A DNA stretch of 32,000 bases from Desulfobulbus propionicus DSM 2032 (GTDB lineage: Bacteria; Desulfobacterota; Desulfobulbia; Desulfobulbales; Desulfobulbaceae): the NCBI RefSeq assembly GCF_000186885.1, contig NC_014972.1, positions 450,001-482,000 on the forward strand. The letters run 5' to 3'. The position numbers and the translations under genes were made by a program. The notes under the pieces are model-generated. The model ran no database searches, was not told where the DNA came from, and saw nothing but the letters and a program-made list of their open reading frames with translations. Shown here in pieces: positions 1-8,050 of this stretch (position 1 is its first letter; each line of letters begins with the position of its first letter).

Positions 1-2
1 CC

Positions 3-704
3 GGCTGCAACCTGCGCTGCTGCTTCTGCCAGAACTTCGACATCAGCCAGGGCAACGATCCCGGCCAGGAGGTGGATGCCCATGAGTTTGCCGCCATCAT
101 GCTGGAGTTGCAGGCCACGGGCTGCCACAACATCAACCTGGTCACCCCCAGTCATGTGGTGCCGCAGCTCCTCGACGCCCTGATTCCGGCCATCGAGGGT
201 GGGCTCGACATTCCCCTGGTGTTCAACTGCAGCGGTTATGAGAGCGTGGAGACACTCGCCCTGCTCGACGGCGTCATCGACATCTACATGCCTGATGTCA
301 AATTCTGGCACCTGGCCACGGCGGCCCGCTATGCGGCGGCCCCGGACTATCCCCAGCGGGTGCGTGCGGCCCTGATCGAGATGCATCGCCAAGTAGGGGA
401 TCTGGTGATCGGCCCGGACGGTTGTGCCCGCTCGGGCCTGCTCGTCCGCCATCTGCTCATGCCTGGCCTCATGGAGGAAACCGAGGCTATCCTTGCCTTT
501 ATCGCCACCCGGCTCTCGCCCCGGACCTACGTCAACATCATGGCCCAGTACCACCCCTGCGGCCGGGCCGATCGCTATCCGGAGCTGATGCGCACCATCA
601 CCGGCGAGGAGTATCGCCAGGCCCTGGACGCGGCGCGCAAGATCGGCCTCACCCGTCTTGACCACCCGGATGTGGGCCGTCTGCTCAGGCAGCTCGGTGT
701 CTGA
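3..704 (+). CDS. Radical SAM protein, PflA-like (pyruvate formate-lyase activating enzyme-related), 5' truncated by window edge
   Basis: Open frame from the window edge reads GCNLRCCFCQNFDISQG, a radical SAM CxxxCxxC cluster, and continues into the 210-aa ORF with HPCGRADRYPELMRTIT typical of PflA-like proteins. Confidence 0.85.
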   Translation, partial: GCNLRCCFCQNFDISQGNDPGQEVDAHEFAAIMLELQATGCHNINLVTPSHVVPQLLDALIPAIEGGLDIPLVFNCSGYESVETLALLDGVIDIYMPDVKFWHLATAARYAAAPDYPQRVRAALIEMHRQVGDLVIGPDGCARSGLLVRHLLMPGLMEETEAILAFIATRLSPRTYVNIMAQYHPCGRADRYPELMRTITGEEYRQALDAARKIGLTRLDHPDVGRLLRQLGV

Positions 705-716
705 GTGATATTTTTC

Positions 717-746
717 TTGACGAAATGGGCCCCTGTTCGGTATCAA
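717..746 (+). promoter_or_regulatory. Possible sigma70-type promoter for the ilvBN leader (TTGACG-18-TATCAA)
   Basis: TTGACG at 717-722, 18-nt spacer, TATCAA at 741-746, upstream of the leader ORF. A small hairpin (755-774) lies between it and the leader. Confidence 0.3.
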
Positions 747-754
747 GAAAATAA

Positions 755-781
755 TTGTTCCCTGCCGGGGACAAATATTTT
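755..781 (+). terminator. Possible weak terminator of the radical SAM gene
   Basis: TTGTTCCC-TGCC-GGGGACAA hairpin followed by ATATTTT. Confidence 0.35.
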
Positions 782-802
782 CCTCTAAGACAAGACCTTG
801 AT

Positions 803-904
803 ATGAAAACCCAATCCGCCATCGCCAACATTTTTGCTCTGCTCGCTCTCGTCGTGGTCGTGAGTGTGGTGGTCGTGGTGCGTACACGGTTCGAGGCGCC
901 TTAG
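803..904 (+). CDS. ilvBN leader peptide, MKTQSAIANIFALLALVVVVSVVVVVRTRFEAP (33 aa; 9 Val, 3 Leu, 2 Ile)
   Basis: Short ORF directly upstream of ilvB. Val codon runs (GTC GTG GTC GTG AGT GTG GTG GTC GTG GTG) parallel the E. coli ivbL peptide. Followed by an intrinsic terminator before ilvB. Confidence 0.85.
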   Translation: MKTQSAIANIFALLALVVVVSVVVVVRTRFEAP

Positions 905-930
905 CGGGAAGCATCCAGAGTGGAGAATAC

Positions 931-967
931 AACCCCTGCCGGCGCCAGCCGGCGGGGGTTTTTTTTT
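931..967 (+). terminator. Intrinsic terminator of the ilvBN attenuator
   Basis: AACCCCTGCCGGC-GCCA-GCCGGCGGGGGTT: 13-bp stem with one G-U, 4-nt loop, run of 9 T (959-967), about 40 nt before the ilvB start codon. Confidence 0.9.
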
Positions 968-1004
968 GCCCATCATCGATTCACAATCACAGGAGGAGCA
1001 CACC

Positions 1005-2687
1005 ATGTCCAGACTCAACGGCGCCCAACTCATCATCGGTTTCCTGGAACGACAGGGAATTCGCATTGTCAGCGGTATCCCCGGCGGAGCCAACCTGCCC
1101 TTGTACGACGCCCTGGCGTCCAGCCCGACCATCCGCCACGTGCTTGCCCGCCATGAGCAAGGCGCGGGTTTTATCGCCCAAGGCATGGCGCGCGCAAGTG
1201 GCCAAATCGGCGTCTGTTTTGCCACATCCGGCCCCGGCGCGACCAATATCCTCACCGCCCTGGCCGACGCCTTTCTCGATTCCGTGCCTCTGGTCTGCAT
1301 CACCGGCCAGGTGGCGCGCTCCCTGCTCGGCACCGACGCCTTCCAGGAGGTCGACACCTACGGCCTGTCCATGCCGATCACCAAACACAATTACCTGGTG
1401 CGCTCGGCCGCCGAGCTGCTCACCATCCTGCCCAAGGCCTTTCACCTGGCCGGTTCCGGCCGACCTGGACCGGTGCTGATCGACGTGCCCAAGGACGTGC
1501 AGACCGAGGTGGTGGAGTTCGGAGCCTGGCCTGAACTGGTCTCGACCGCCGATCACCAGCCCGGCTGTCCGGAGTCGATCCGGACCGCGGCCACGATGAT
1601 CAACGAGGCAGAGCGGCCGATCCTCTATCTCGGAGGCGGGGTCATCCATGCCGGGGCGGCGGCCGAGGCCCGCCGCCTGGCCGAGCAAGGCGCCATCCCC
1701 ACGGTTATGACCCTGATGGGGCTGGGCATCCTGCCCTCGGACCACCCACTCTCCTTGGGCATGCTCGGCATGCATGCCTGCCGCGCCACCAACTTGGCCA
1801 TGGAGGAGTGCGATCTGCTCATCGCCGCCGGGGTGCGCTTCGACGACCGGGCCACCGGCCGGATCAGCGACTTTTGCCCCAAGGCCAAGGTCATTCACGT
1901 GGACATCGATGCCAGCGAGATCAACAAGCTGCGGCCGGCCGACGCCGGCATCACTGGCGATGCCCGCCACGCTTTTGCCGCCCTTCTGCCCCAGGTGCGA
2001 GAAAGGCAGCGGTCTGCCTGGAACGGCCGCATCCGCCAGTTGCAGCAGGACTATCCCCGTTTCCAGACAGAGGACTTCGCCCCGGGGCGGCCTTTCAGCC
2101 TAATCCGCAAGGTGGCCGAGCTGGCCGGTCCGGAGGCGATCATCAGCACCGATGTCGGCAAGCACCAGATGTGGGTTGCCCAGGCCTATCCGCTCACCGA
2201 CCAGCGTCAGCTGCTCACCTCGGGCGGTCTGGGAACCATGGGCTTCGGCCTGCCGGCGGCCATCGGCGCCTCGCTGGCCTTTCCCGAGCGGCCAGTGGTC
2301 TGCTTCAGTGGCGACGGCAGCCTGCAGATGAACATCCAGGAATTGGCCACCGCAGTCGAGCAGCGGGCACCGGTCAAGATCGTGGTGCTCAACAACCAAA
2401 GCCTGGGTCTGGTCCGCCAGCAGCAGCGGCTCTTTTACGAGCAGCACTACTTTGCCTCCTCCTACGGGATTGCGGTCGATTTCGCCGCCATCGCCCGAGG
2501 CTTCGGCATGCAGGCCTATGACCTCGGCAGCGCCGACAACCCGGATACGCTGTTGTGCGAGGCCATGCGCCATCCCGGTCCCTGCCTGATCAACGTGCCG
2601 ATCGACATCGAGGCCGAAGTCACGCCGATGGTGCCGCCGGGCGCCGCTAACACCACCATGATCGGAGACAGCTATGCCTGCAACTGA
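1005..2687 (+). CDS. ilvB: Acetolactate synthase large subunit, enteric IlvB type
   Basis: ORF 864..2687 with internal start MSRLNGAQLIIGFLERQGIRIVSGIPGG after AGGAGGAG. ThDP-enzyme motifs (RHEQGAGFIAQGMAR, GDGSLQMNIQE) and a PMVPPGAAN C-terminus close to remembered E. coli IlvB. Confidence 0.95.
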   Translation: MSRLNGAQLIIGFLERQGIRIVSGIPGGANLPLYDALASSPTIRHVLARHEQGAGFIAQGMARASGQIGVCFATSGPGATNILTALADAFLDSVPLVCITGQVARSLLGTDAFQEVDTYGLSMPITKHNYLVRSAAELLTILPKAFHLAGSGRPGPVLIDVPKDVQTEVVEFGAWPELVSTADHQPGCPESIRTAATMINEAERPILYLGGGVIHAGAAAEARRLAEQGAIPTVMTLMGLGILPSDHPLSLGMLGMHACRATNLAMEECDLLIAAGVRFDDRATGRISDFCPKAKVIHVDIDASEINKLRPADAGITGDARHAFAALLPQVRERQRSAWNGRIRQLQQDYPRFQTEDFAPGRPFSLIRKVAELAGPEAIISTDVGKHQMWVAQAYPLTDQRQLLTSGGLGTMGFGLPAAIGASLAFPERPVVCFSGDGSLQMNIQELATAVEQRAPVKIVVLNNQSLGLVRQQQRLFYEQHYFASSYGIAVDFAAIARGFGMQAYDLGSADNPDTLLCEAMRHPGPCLINVPIDIEAEVTPMVPPGAANTTMIGDSYACN

Positions 2688-2715
2688 GCCCACCTACCCA
2701 TCGGGAGAAAAAATC

Positions 2716-3000
2716 ATGAACACCGCCATCCTTCGTCTGACCGTCAACAACCACCCCGGCGTCATGCTGCAGATCTGCGGCCTGTTCGCCCGCCGCGCCT
2801 TCAACTTGGAAGGGATCTTCTGCAACGCCATCGACCAGGGGGCGACCAGTTGTATCTGGCTCACGGTCGATGAGACCGACAAGCTTGAGCAGGTGATCAA
2901 GCAGCTGGCCAAACTGGAGGATGTACTGGCCATCGAAGAGCGCGACGACGCCCGTGCCCGCATCCAGGAGATGGAGGCGTTGATGGCCCGTATCGCCTAA
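2716..3000 (+). CDS. ilvN: Acetolactate synthase small subunit, short IlvN type with ACT domain (start could be 2674)
   Basis: NHPGVMLQICGLFARRAFNLEGIFC...KLEQVIKQLAKLEDV resembles E. coli IlvN. Confidence 0.92.
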   Translation: MNTAILRLTVNNHPGVMLQICGLFARRAFNLEGIFCNAIDQGATSCIWLTVDETDKLEQVIKQLAKLEDVLAIEERDDARARIQEMEALMARIA

Positions 3001-3028
3001 GATCCAGGCGGTATGAGCGCCGTCGGGG

Positions 3029-3057
3029 TTGACATCCCGGCCCATCCACGCTAAAAA
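3029..3057 (+). promoter_or_regulatory. Candidate sigma70-type promoter, TTGACA-17-TAAAAA, for the alanine leader/transaminase unit
   Basis: Perfect TTGACA (3029-3034), 17-nt spacer, TAAAAA (3052-3057), about 47 nt before the leader ORF start. Confidence 0.6.
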
Positions 3058-3103
3058 ACAAGACATCCGTTGGAACATTCACAGTTATTCAACAGGGAAG
3101 ACC

Positions 3104-3169
3104 ATGCAACACCAAGTCGCGGCAGCGGCGGCGATGAACCCAGTTCATTGGCGACCGGCTGCTCTGTAA
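3104..3169 (+). CDS. Ala-rich leader peptide, MQHQVAAAAAMNPVHWRPAAL (21 aa), upstream of the AlaC-like aminotransferase
   Basis: ATG preceded by AGGGAAG. GCG GCA GCG GCG GCG run plus GCT GCT near the end (7 Ala of 21), followed by competing hairpins and an intrinsic terminator before the biosynthetic gene. Confidence 0.75.
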   Translation: MQHQVAAAAAMNPVHWRPAAL

Positions 3170-3240
3170 ACGAACAGCACCATATACCCGCCATGGACTG
3201 GAACAGCCGGTCCATGGCGTCGTGTTTTCAGCCTGGACCG
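3153..3240 (+). promoter_or_regulatory. Alternative RNA structures of a putative alanine attenuator
   Basis: 3153-3164 GACCGGCTGCTC pairs 11/12 with 3201-3212 GAACAGCCGGTC. 3190-3198 GCCATGGAC pairs with 3210-3218 GTCCATGGC. 3208-3218 CGGTCCATGGC pairs with 3231-3240 GCCTGGACCG with one bulge, overlapping the terminator 5' arm. Confidence 0.7.
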
Positions 3241-3259
3241 TACGGTTCAGGCTTTTTTT
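3230..3259 (+). terminator. Intrinsic terminator in the leader of the AlaC-like gene
   Basis: AGCCTGGACC-GTAC-GGTTCAGGCT, 10-bp stem with one G-U, followed by a 7-T run, 67 nt before the gene start. Confidence 0.88.
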
Positions 3260-3326
3260 GTCCCCGCGACCGAAAAAACCGTGAACGCCGGTTCCTGGCC
3301 CCGAACCCTTTGCCCAGGAGAGTGTC

Positions 3327-4574
3327 ATGAACAACGAGGTTACCATTCGCTTTGCCGAACGTATGAGTCAGTTGCCGCCGTATCTGTTCGGCATGATCAA
3401 CAAAATCAAGATGGAGAAACGGTGGGAGGGGATCGATGTCATCGATCTGGGCATGGGCAATCCCATGGATCCCACCCCTAACAAGGTCACCGAAAAGCTG
3501 TGCGAGGTCGCGGTCGACCCCAAGACCCACCGCTATCCGGTGGCCGGCGGCATGAAGAACCTCAAACGGGAGATCGCCCTGTTTTACAAACGCAAGTATG
3601 GGGTGGAACTGACCGGCGAGGATGATGTCATCTGCACCATCGGCTCCAAGGAGGGTATTTCCCACCTCTGCCTGGCCCTGCTCGGCCCCGGCGATACGGT
3701 CCTGGTGCCCTCGCCGTTCTTCCCGGTCCATGTCTATGCCGCGGTCATTGCCGGCGCCAGCGTGCTCCGTTTTCCGCTCGGCTCGGAGGAGGAGTTCCTC
3801 CGTCAGGTCAGCTCGATGTGCCAGTCGCTCTATCCCCATCCCAAGCTGGTGATGCTCAACTATCCCCACAACCCCACCGGCACCCTGGCCTCCAGGGAGT
3901 TCTTCGTCGAGATGGTCAAGCTGGCCAAACGGTTCAACTTCATGGTGATCAACGACTTCGCCTACGGCCAGATCGTCTACGATGATCATGTGGCGCCCAG
4001 CCTGCTGGAGATTCCCGGGGCGCTCGATGTGGGGGTCGAGTTCGGTTCCTTTTCCAAATCCTACAACATGGCCGGCTGGCGGCTTGGCTACTGCGTGGGC
4101 AACAAGGAGATGGTCGGCGGTCTGGCCAAGATCAAGGGCTACTACGATTACGGCATCTTCTCGGCCATCCAGGTGGCGGGCATTGTTGCCATGCGCGACT
4201 GCGACGAGGCCATTGTCGAGCAGGTGGCGGTCTACCAGAAGCGGCGCGACGTGCTCTGCGAGGGACTGGCCCGCATGGGCTGGGAGGTGGACAAACCCAA
4301 GGCCGGCATGTTCGTCTGGGTACGCATTCCCGAACCCTACGTACGGATGGGCTCGATCCGGTTCTCCGTCGAGATGATGAACCGGGCCAATGTGGCCGTG
4401 GCCCCTGGCGCCGGGTTTGGCGAGGAGGGCGACGGCTATCTGCGCCTGGCCCTGGTGGAGAACGAGAACCGCATCCGCCAGGCCCTCAAGCAGATGAAGC
4501 GCGCTCTGGTGGAGATCGATCAGGAGGTCAAGGCCGGCACCTTTGTCCTGCAGCCGGATGCCCCGCAGGGGTAA
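3327..4574 (+). CDS. alaC: PLP-dependent aminotransferase, AlaC/YfdZ-like (glutamate-pyruvate transaminase family)
   Basis: PPYLFGMINKIKM, GMGNP, GSKEGISHLCLALLGPGDTVLVPSPFFPVH, SKSYNMAGWRLGYCVGN resemble E. coli AlaC along the length. Confidence 0.85.
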   Translation: MNNEVTIRFAERMSQLPPYLFGMINKIKMEKRWEGIDVIDLGMGNPMDPTPNKVTEKLCEVAVDPKTHRYPVAGGMKNLKREIALFYKRKYGVELTGEDDVICTIGSKEGISHLCLALLGPGDTVLVPSPFFPVHVYAAVIAGASVLRFPLGSEEEFLRQVSSMCQSLYPHPKLVMLNYPHNPTGTLASREFFVEMVKLAKRFNFMVINDFAYGQIVYDDHVAPSLLEIPGALDVGVEFGSFSKSYNMAGWRLGYCVGNKEMVGGLAKIKGYYDYGIFSAIQVAGIVAMRDCDEAIVEQVAVYQKRRDVLCEGLARMGWEVDKPKAGMFVWVRIPEPYVRMGSIRFSVEMMNRANVAVAPGAGFGEEGDGYLRLALVENENRIRQALKQMKRALVEIDQEVKAGTFVLQPDAPQG

Positions 4575-4592
4575 TCACGGCTGAGTCCGTTG

Positions 4593-4622
4593 GGAAGATG
4601 GCGGCTCGCCCCGCCATCTTCC
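4593..4622 (+). terminator. Hairpin downstream of the aminotransferase, probable terminator
   Basis: GGAAGATGGCGG-CTCGCC-CCGCCATCTTCC perfect 12-bp stem, but only a weak T tract. Confidence 0.5.
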
Positions 4623-4688
4623 TGTTGCCCAGGAAGGGCCCCTGAGGTAGAGTACCGCCATTTTCTTCCACATCCCTGCGAAACTCCC

Positions 4689-6338
4689 ATGGCCTCCCTG
4701 CTGACCATCGACCACTTCAACCTCACCTTTCTCGGCGCCGAGGGCGATCGCTCTCCGGTGCTCCACGACATCAGCCTGCACATTGCCCCTGGGGAAACCC
4801 ATGCCCTGGTGGGCGAGTCCGGTTCCGGCAAGTCGGTCACCGCCCTGTCGATCCTTCGCCTGCTGGAAGAGACCAATCAAGTGCACGCCAGCGGCTCCAT
4901 CGTCTTTGAAGGCCAGGAACTGACCACGCTGGACAAGCAGGCCATCCGCGCCATTCGCGGCAACCGCATCGCCATGATCTTCCAGGAGCCGATGACCTCG
5001 CTCAACCCGGTCTACACCATCGGCAATCAGCTGATCGAACCGCTGCTGCTCCACCAGGGGCTGAGCAAGGCCGAGGCCGCCGCCCAGGCCCTGTACCTGC
5101 TGGAACGCACCGGCATCGACAACCCGGAATACCGCATCAACTGTTATCCGCACCAGCTCTCGGGTGGCCAGCGTCAACGGGTGATCATCGCCATGGCCCT
5201 GGCCTGCCGGCCCACCCTGCTCATCGCCGACGAGCCGACCACCGCCCTCGACGTAACCATCCAAGAGCAGATCCTTCGCCTGATCAAAGACATCCAGGCC
5301 GAATACGCCATGTCGGTGCTGCTCATCACCCACGACCTGCCCATGGTGCAGAAGATCGCCGACACGGTGTCGATCATGCATCGTGGCCGCATTGTCGAGC
5401 AGGGAGCCGTAAGCGAGATTTTTTCTACGCCCGGGGAGGCGTACACCCGCCACCTGTTGGCCGCCGTGCCCCAGGGCGTGCAGCAGACCCGGCAAGGCGG
5501 GCCAAAACTGATCGAACTGCGGGGGATCACCTGTTCCTTTGCCATGAAAACCCCGTGGTCGGGCTGGTTGACGCGCCAGAAACGGATCATCAAGGCGGTG
5601 GATGACGTCAGCCTTAGCCTCAACCAGGGCACCACCTTGGGCCTGGTGGGCGAATCCGGTTCGGGCAAGTCGACGCTCGCCCTGTGCCTGCTTGGCCTCA
5701 ACACCTTTGACGGCCAGGTGCTCTACTTTCCCCAGACCGGGGTCAGTCACTGCCTTTCCGATCTGACCACCAGGCAGTTCCGGCCGCTGCGCAAGGAGCT
5801 GCAGATCGTCTTCCAGGATCCCTTTTCCTCGCTGTCGCCCCGGATGACCATCGAGCAGATCGTGGCCGAAGGCTTGCAGGTCCATGGCCTGGGCGGCACC
5901 AAGGAAGAACGCCGGACCCTGGTGGCCCAGGCCCTGGAGGATGTGGAGCTCGATCCCGGCCTGGCGGGCCGCTTTCCTCACGAGTTTTCCGGCGGCCAGC
6001 GGCAGCGGATCGCCATTGCCCGCGCCCTGATCCTCCGCCCCAAGTTGCTGATCCTCGACGAACCCACCAGCGCGCTCGACATGACCATCCAGAAACAGAT
6101 CCTCGAACTGCTCAAGGACCTGCAGCAGCGCTATCAACTCACCTACATCTTCATCACCCACGACCTGCGCACCGTGCGCTCGCTGGCCGACCAGTTGGCG
6201 GTGATGCGCCAGGGCCGCATCGTCGAGGCCGGACCGGCGGCCGCCGTCTTTGCCAACCCGCAGCAGGAGTACACGCGGCGGCTCTTTGACGCCGCCTTCC
6301 ACCTCAATCAACGCCTGGAGAATCGCCCATGCCCATGA
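4689..6338 (+). CDS. Fused dual-ATPase peptide/nickel-type ABC transporter ATP-binding protein (YejF/GsiA-like)
   Basis: Two complete NBDs: [27 protein letters not shown], and a second [35 protein letters not shown]. Confidence 0.93.
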   Translation: MASLLTIDHFNLTFLGAEGDRSPVLHDISLHIAPGETHALVGESGSGKSVTALSILRLLEETNQVHASGSIVFEGQELTTLDKQAIRAIRGNRIAMIFQEPMTSLNPVYTIGNQLIEPLLLHQGLSKAEAAAQALYLLERTGIDNPEYRINCYPHQLSGGQRQRVIIAMALACRPTLLIADEPTTALDVTIQEQILRLIKDIQAEYAMSVLLITHDLPMVQKIADTVSIMHRGRIVEQGAVSEIFSTPGEAYTRHLLAAVPQGVQQTRQGGPKLIELRGITCSFAMKTPWSGWLTRQKRIIKAVDDVSLSLNQGTTLGLVGESGSGKSTLALCLLGLNTFDGQVLYFPQTGVSHCLSDLTTRQFRPLRKELQIVFQDPFSSLSPRMTIEQIVAEGLQVHGLGGTKEERRTLVAQALEDVELDPGLAGRFPHEFSGGQRQRIAIARALILRPKLLILDEPTSALDMTIQKQILELLKDLQQRYQLTYIFITHDLRTVRSLADQLAVMRQGRIVEAGPAAAVFANPQQEYTRRLFDAAFHLNQRLENRPCP

Positions 6339-6685
6339 CCTATCGCGCCGTCTTTCACGTCGATCTGGATGAGGCCAAACCGCTTAACATCGCCCTGGCC
6401 AACGTCGGCAACCTGATTCGCGCCATCCCGGAAAAACACTACGATCTGGTGATGCTGTTCAACGGCCCGGCGGTGACCCTGCTGCACAACGATCAATGCG
6501 CCCCCTTCCGCGACGAGATCTGGCGGCTGCAGCAGTCGCGGGTGGCGTTCAAGGTCTGCCGCAACGCACTGAACACCTTCAACATCGATCCGGACAACCT
6601 GATCGAGGGCTGCGAGATCGTTCCCGCCGGTGTGGTGGCTTTGATTGAATTGCAGCAGGATGGGTATGCCTACATCAAACCCTGA
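6329..6685 (+). CDS. DsrE/DsrF-like family protein
   Basis: 118-aa ORF with YDLVMLFNGPAV...FKVCRNAL...IVPAGVVALIELQQDGYAYIKP, typical of DsrE-like proteins. Confidence 0.75.
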   Translation: MPMTYRAVFHVDLDEAKPLNIALANVGNLIRAIPEKHYDLVMLFNGPAVTLLHNDQCAPFRDEIWRLQQSRVAFKVCRNALNTFNIDPDNLIEGCEIVPAGVVALIELQQDGYAYIKP

Positions 6686-6756
6686 ACACAATGTTCTTTT
6701 TCGTTTTTTTGCCGCTGGTTCAATAGTTCTAATCAATCGAGGGGTCTCAACAAATA

Positions 6757-6912
6757 ATGAACAATATTCAAGAAATGGATTGGGCTGAAGATTGCTGGCA
6801 CGGGCATACCGGCATGGATAGTTCGTGCGATTACTGCAGACTCGACACGAAGGTCGAACAGACCCCGCAAGACAAGAGTGAAGAAGGTCGAGGCGTGGAG
6901 GAGAACCCTTGA
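6757..6912 (+). CDS. Possible 51-aa small protein with Cys/His cluster (MNNIQEMDWAEDCWHGHTGMDSSCDYCRLDTKVEQ...)
   Basis: ORF read directly from sequence with GAGGGG upstream. No family recognised. Confidence 0.35.
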   Translation: MNNIQEMDWAEDCWHGHTGMDSSCDYCRLDTKVEQTPQDKSEEGRGVEENP

Positions 6913-7011
6913 GAGGATGACGTCAGGACGGTTTCGTAAAGTGCTCAAGCTCGAAGCCATCGAATCTTCCAAATTTGGACAAAAGCACCCCTTTTTTCAC
7001 CCAACAGTTGC

Positions 7012-7431
7012 ATGGAACCCTTTTTCTGGAAACTCTCCTACGACACCGGCCTGAAGCAGATCGACCGTGATCACCGCATGATCCTGGAGCTGGCCAACGC
7101 CCTGTACACCGCCATGCACAGCGGTGCCGGGCGGGCCGCCGTGCTGCGGAGCTGCCAACAGATCGTGGCATTCACCGAAGAGCATTTTTCCCGTGAAGAA
7201 CAATACATGAAGGTGTCCGGCTATCACCGCGCAGAGGAACACAAGCAGGAACATGCCCGGCTGAAGGAGGAGGCGCGGGGTTTGCTGCTTCGCCTGGAGC
7301 TGGACAGCCCCGACAGCTCCACCGGCCTCTATCAGGTGCTGCGGGAACTGTTCATCGAGCACATTCCGGAATGCGACAAACCCTTCGGCGAGTATTACCT
7401 TGCGCGCAGCCACCAAGCGCGGCAGGGCTGA
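7012..7431 (+). CDS. Bacteriohemerythrin-type protein
   Basis: H and E spacing of hemerythrin: DRDHRMILELAN, EEHFSREEQYM, YHRAEEHKQEH, LFIEHIPECDKPFGEY. Confidence 0.85.
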   Translation: MEPFFWKLSYDTGLKQIDRDHRMILELANALYTAMHSGAGRAAVLRSCQQIVAFTEEHFSREEQYMKVSGYHRAEEHKQEHARLKEEARGLLLRLELDSPDSSTGLYQVLRELFIEHIPECDKPFGEYYLARSHQARQG

Positions 7432-8050
7432 GTCCGTCGCCGCATCCTTGGTTGTATGGGAAAACCAGACAGGAAAAGGGATGGAACCGGTGCGATTACG
7501 GTGCACCGCTTTTCAGCGGGCACTTTTCAGGGTTCCCCTGACATTGCAGCCGATTGGCGGCATCTGGCCAGAAGCGGACATTGCTCAGGCAGAATTCGCC
7601 CGAAGGGTGCGTGCAGTACGGGATGAAGACAAAGCCGCTTCTGGATTCCCGCCAGCTTGCGCGGACGTCCCGTGCTCGTGGCTGTTGCTCAACTCGGTAA
7701 TGCGGACAAAAGGTCATGTGATTGCTCGATGCACAGTGTGCTGGTGGTGGAATGGCCGGGACCAGTCCTGGTATGGGATCGAAAAAGCCTTGCTGACCCT
7801 CGCGTTCGGGCAGGGCAAACGGGCGTTGGGTTGCGCCGGTCGGCTTGTTGCCCCCCCCCCGATTTTCCTGTCGGCCCGGATGACGGAGTGACATTGGCCA
7901 CCGTTGCACGGGCAAACCTGACTTAACCGAGTTTTCTCCCGCGGCGCAATGATCTTGTTCGCCGGATACGCCTGACCAACAAAAACAGGGGCTGGGAGGC
8001 TCCAATCACCTCGGGCTTTCGCGCCGTAAAAAAGGACAGAGACGCTTTCC

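Noticed and set aside
987-1970. 327-aa minus-strand ORF antisense to ilvB
   Set aside because: Shadow ORF over a clearly identified conserved enzyme.
3070-3330. 86-aa ORF spanning the alaC leader
   Set aside because: It runs through the terminator hairpin in a different frame; the short RBS-preceded Ala-rich ORF explains the region better.
4575-6311. 578-aa minus-strand ORF antisense to the dual ABC ATPase
   Set aside because: Shadow ORF; the plus strand has complete ATPase motifs for two domains.
7496-8005. 169-aa minus-strand ORF upstream of uvrC
   Set aside because: No domain-like composition; overlaps several equally implausible ORFs in a region better viewed as non-coding.
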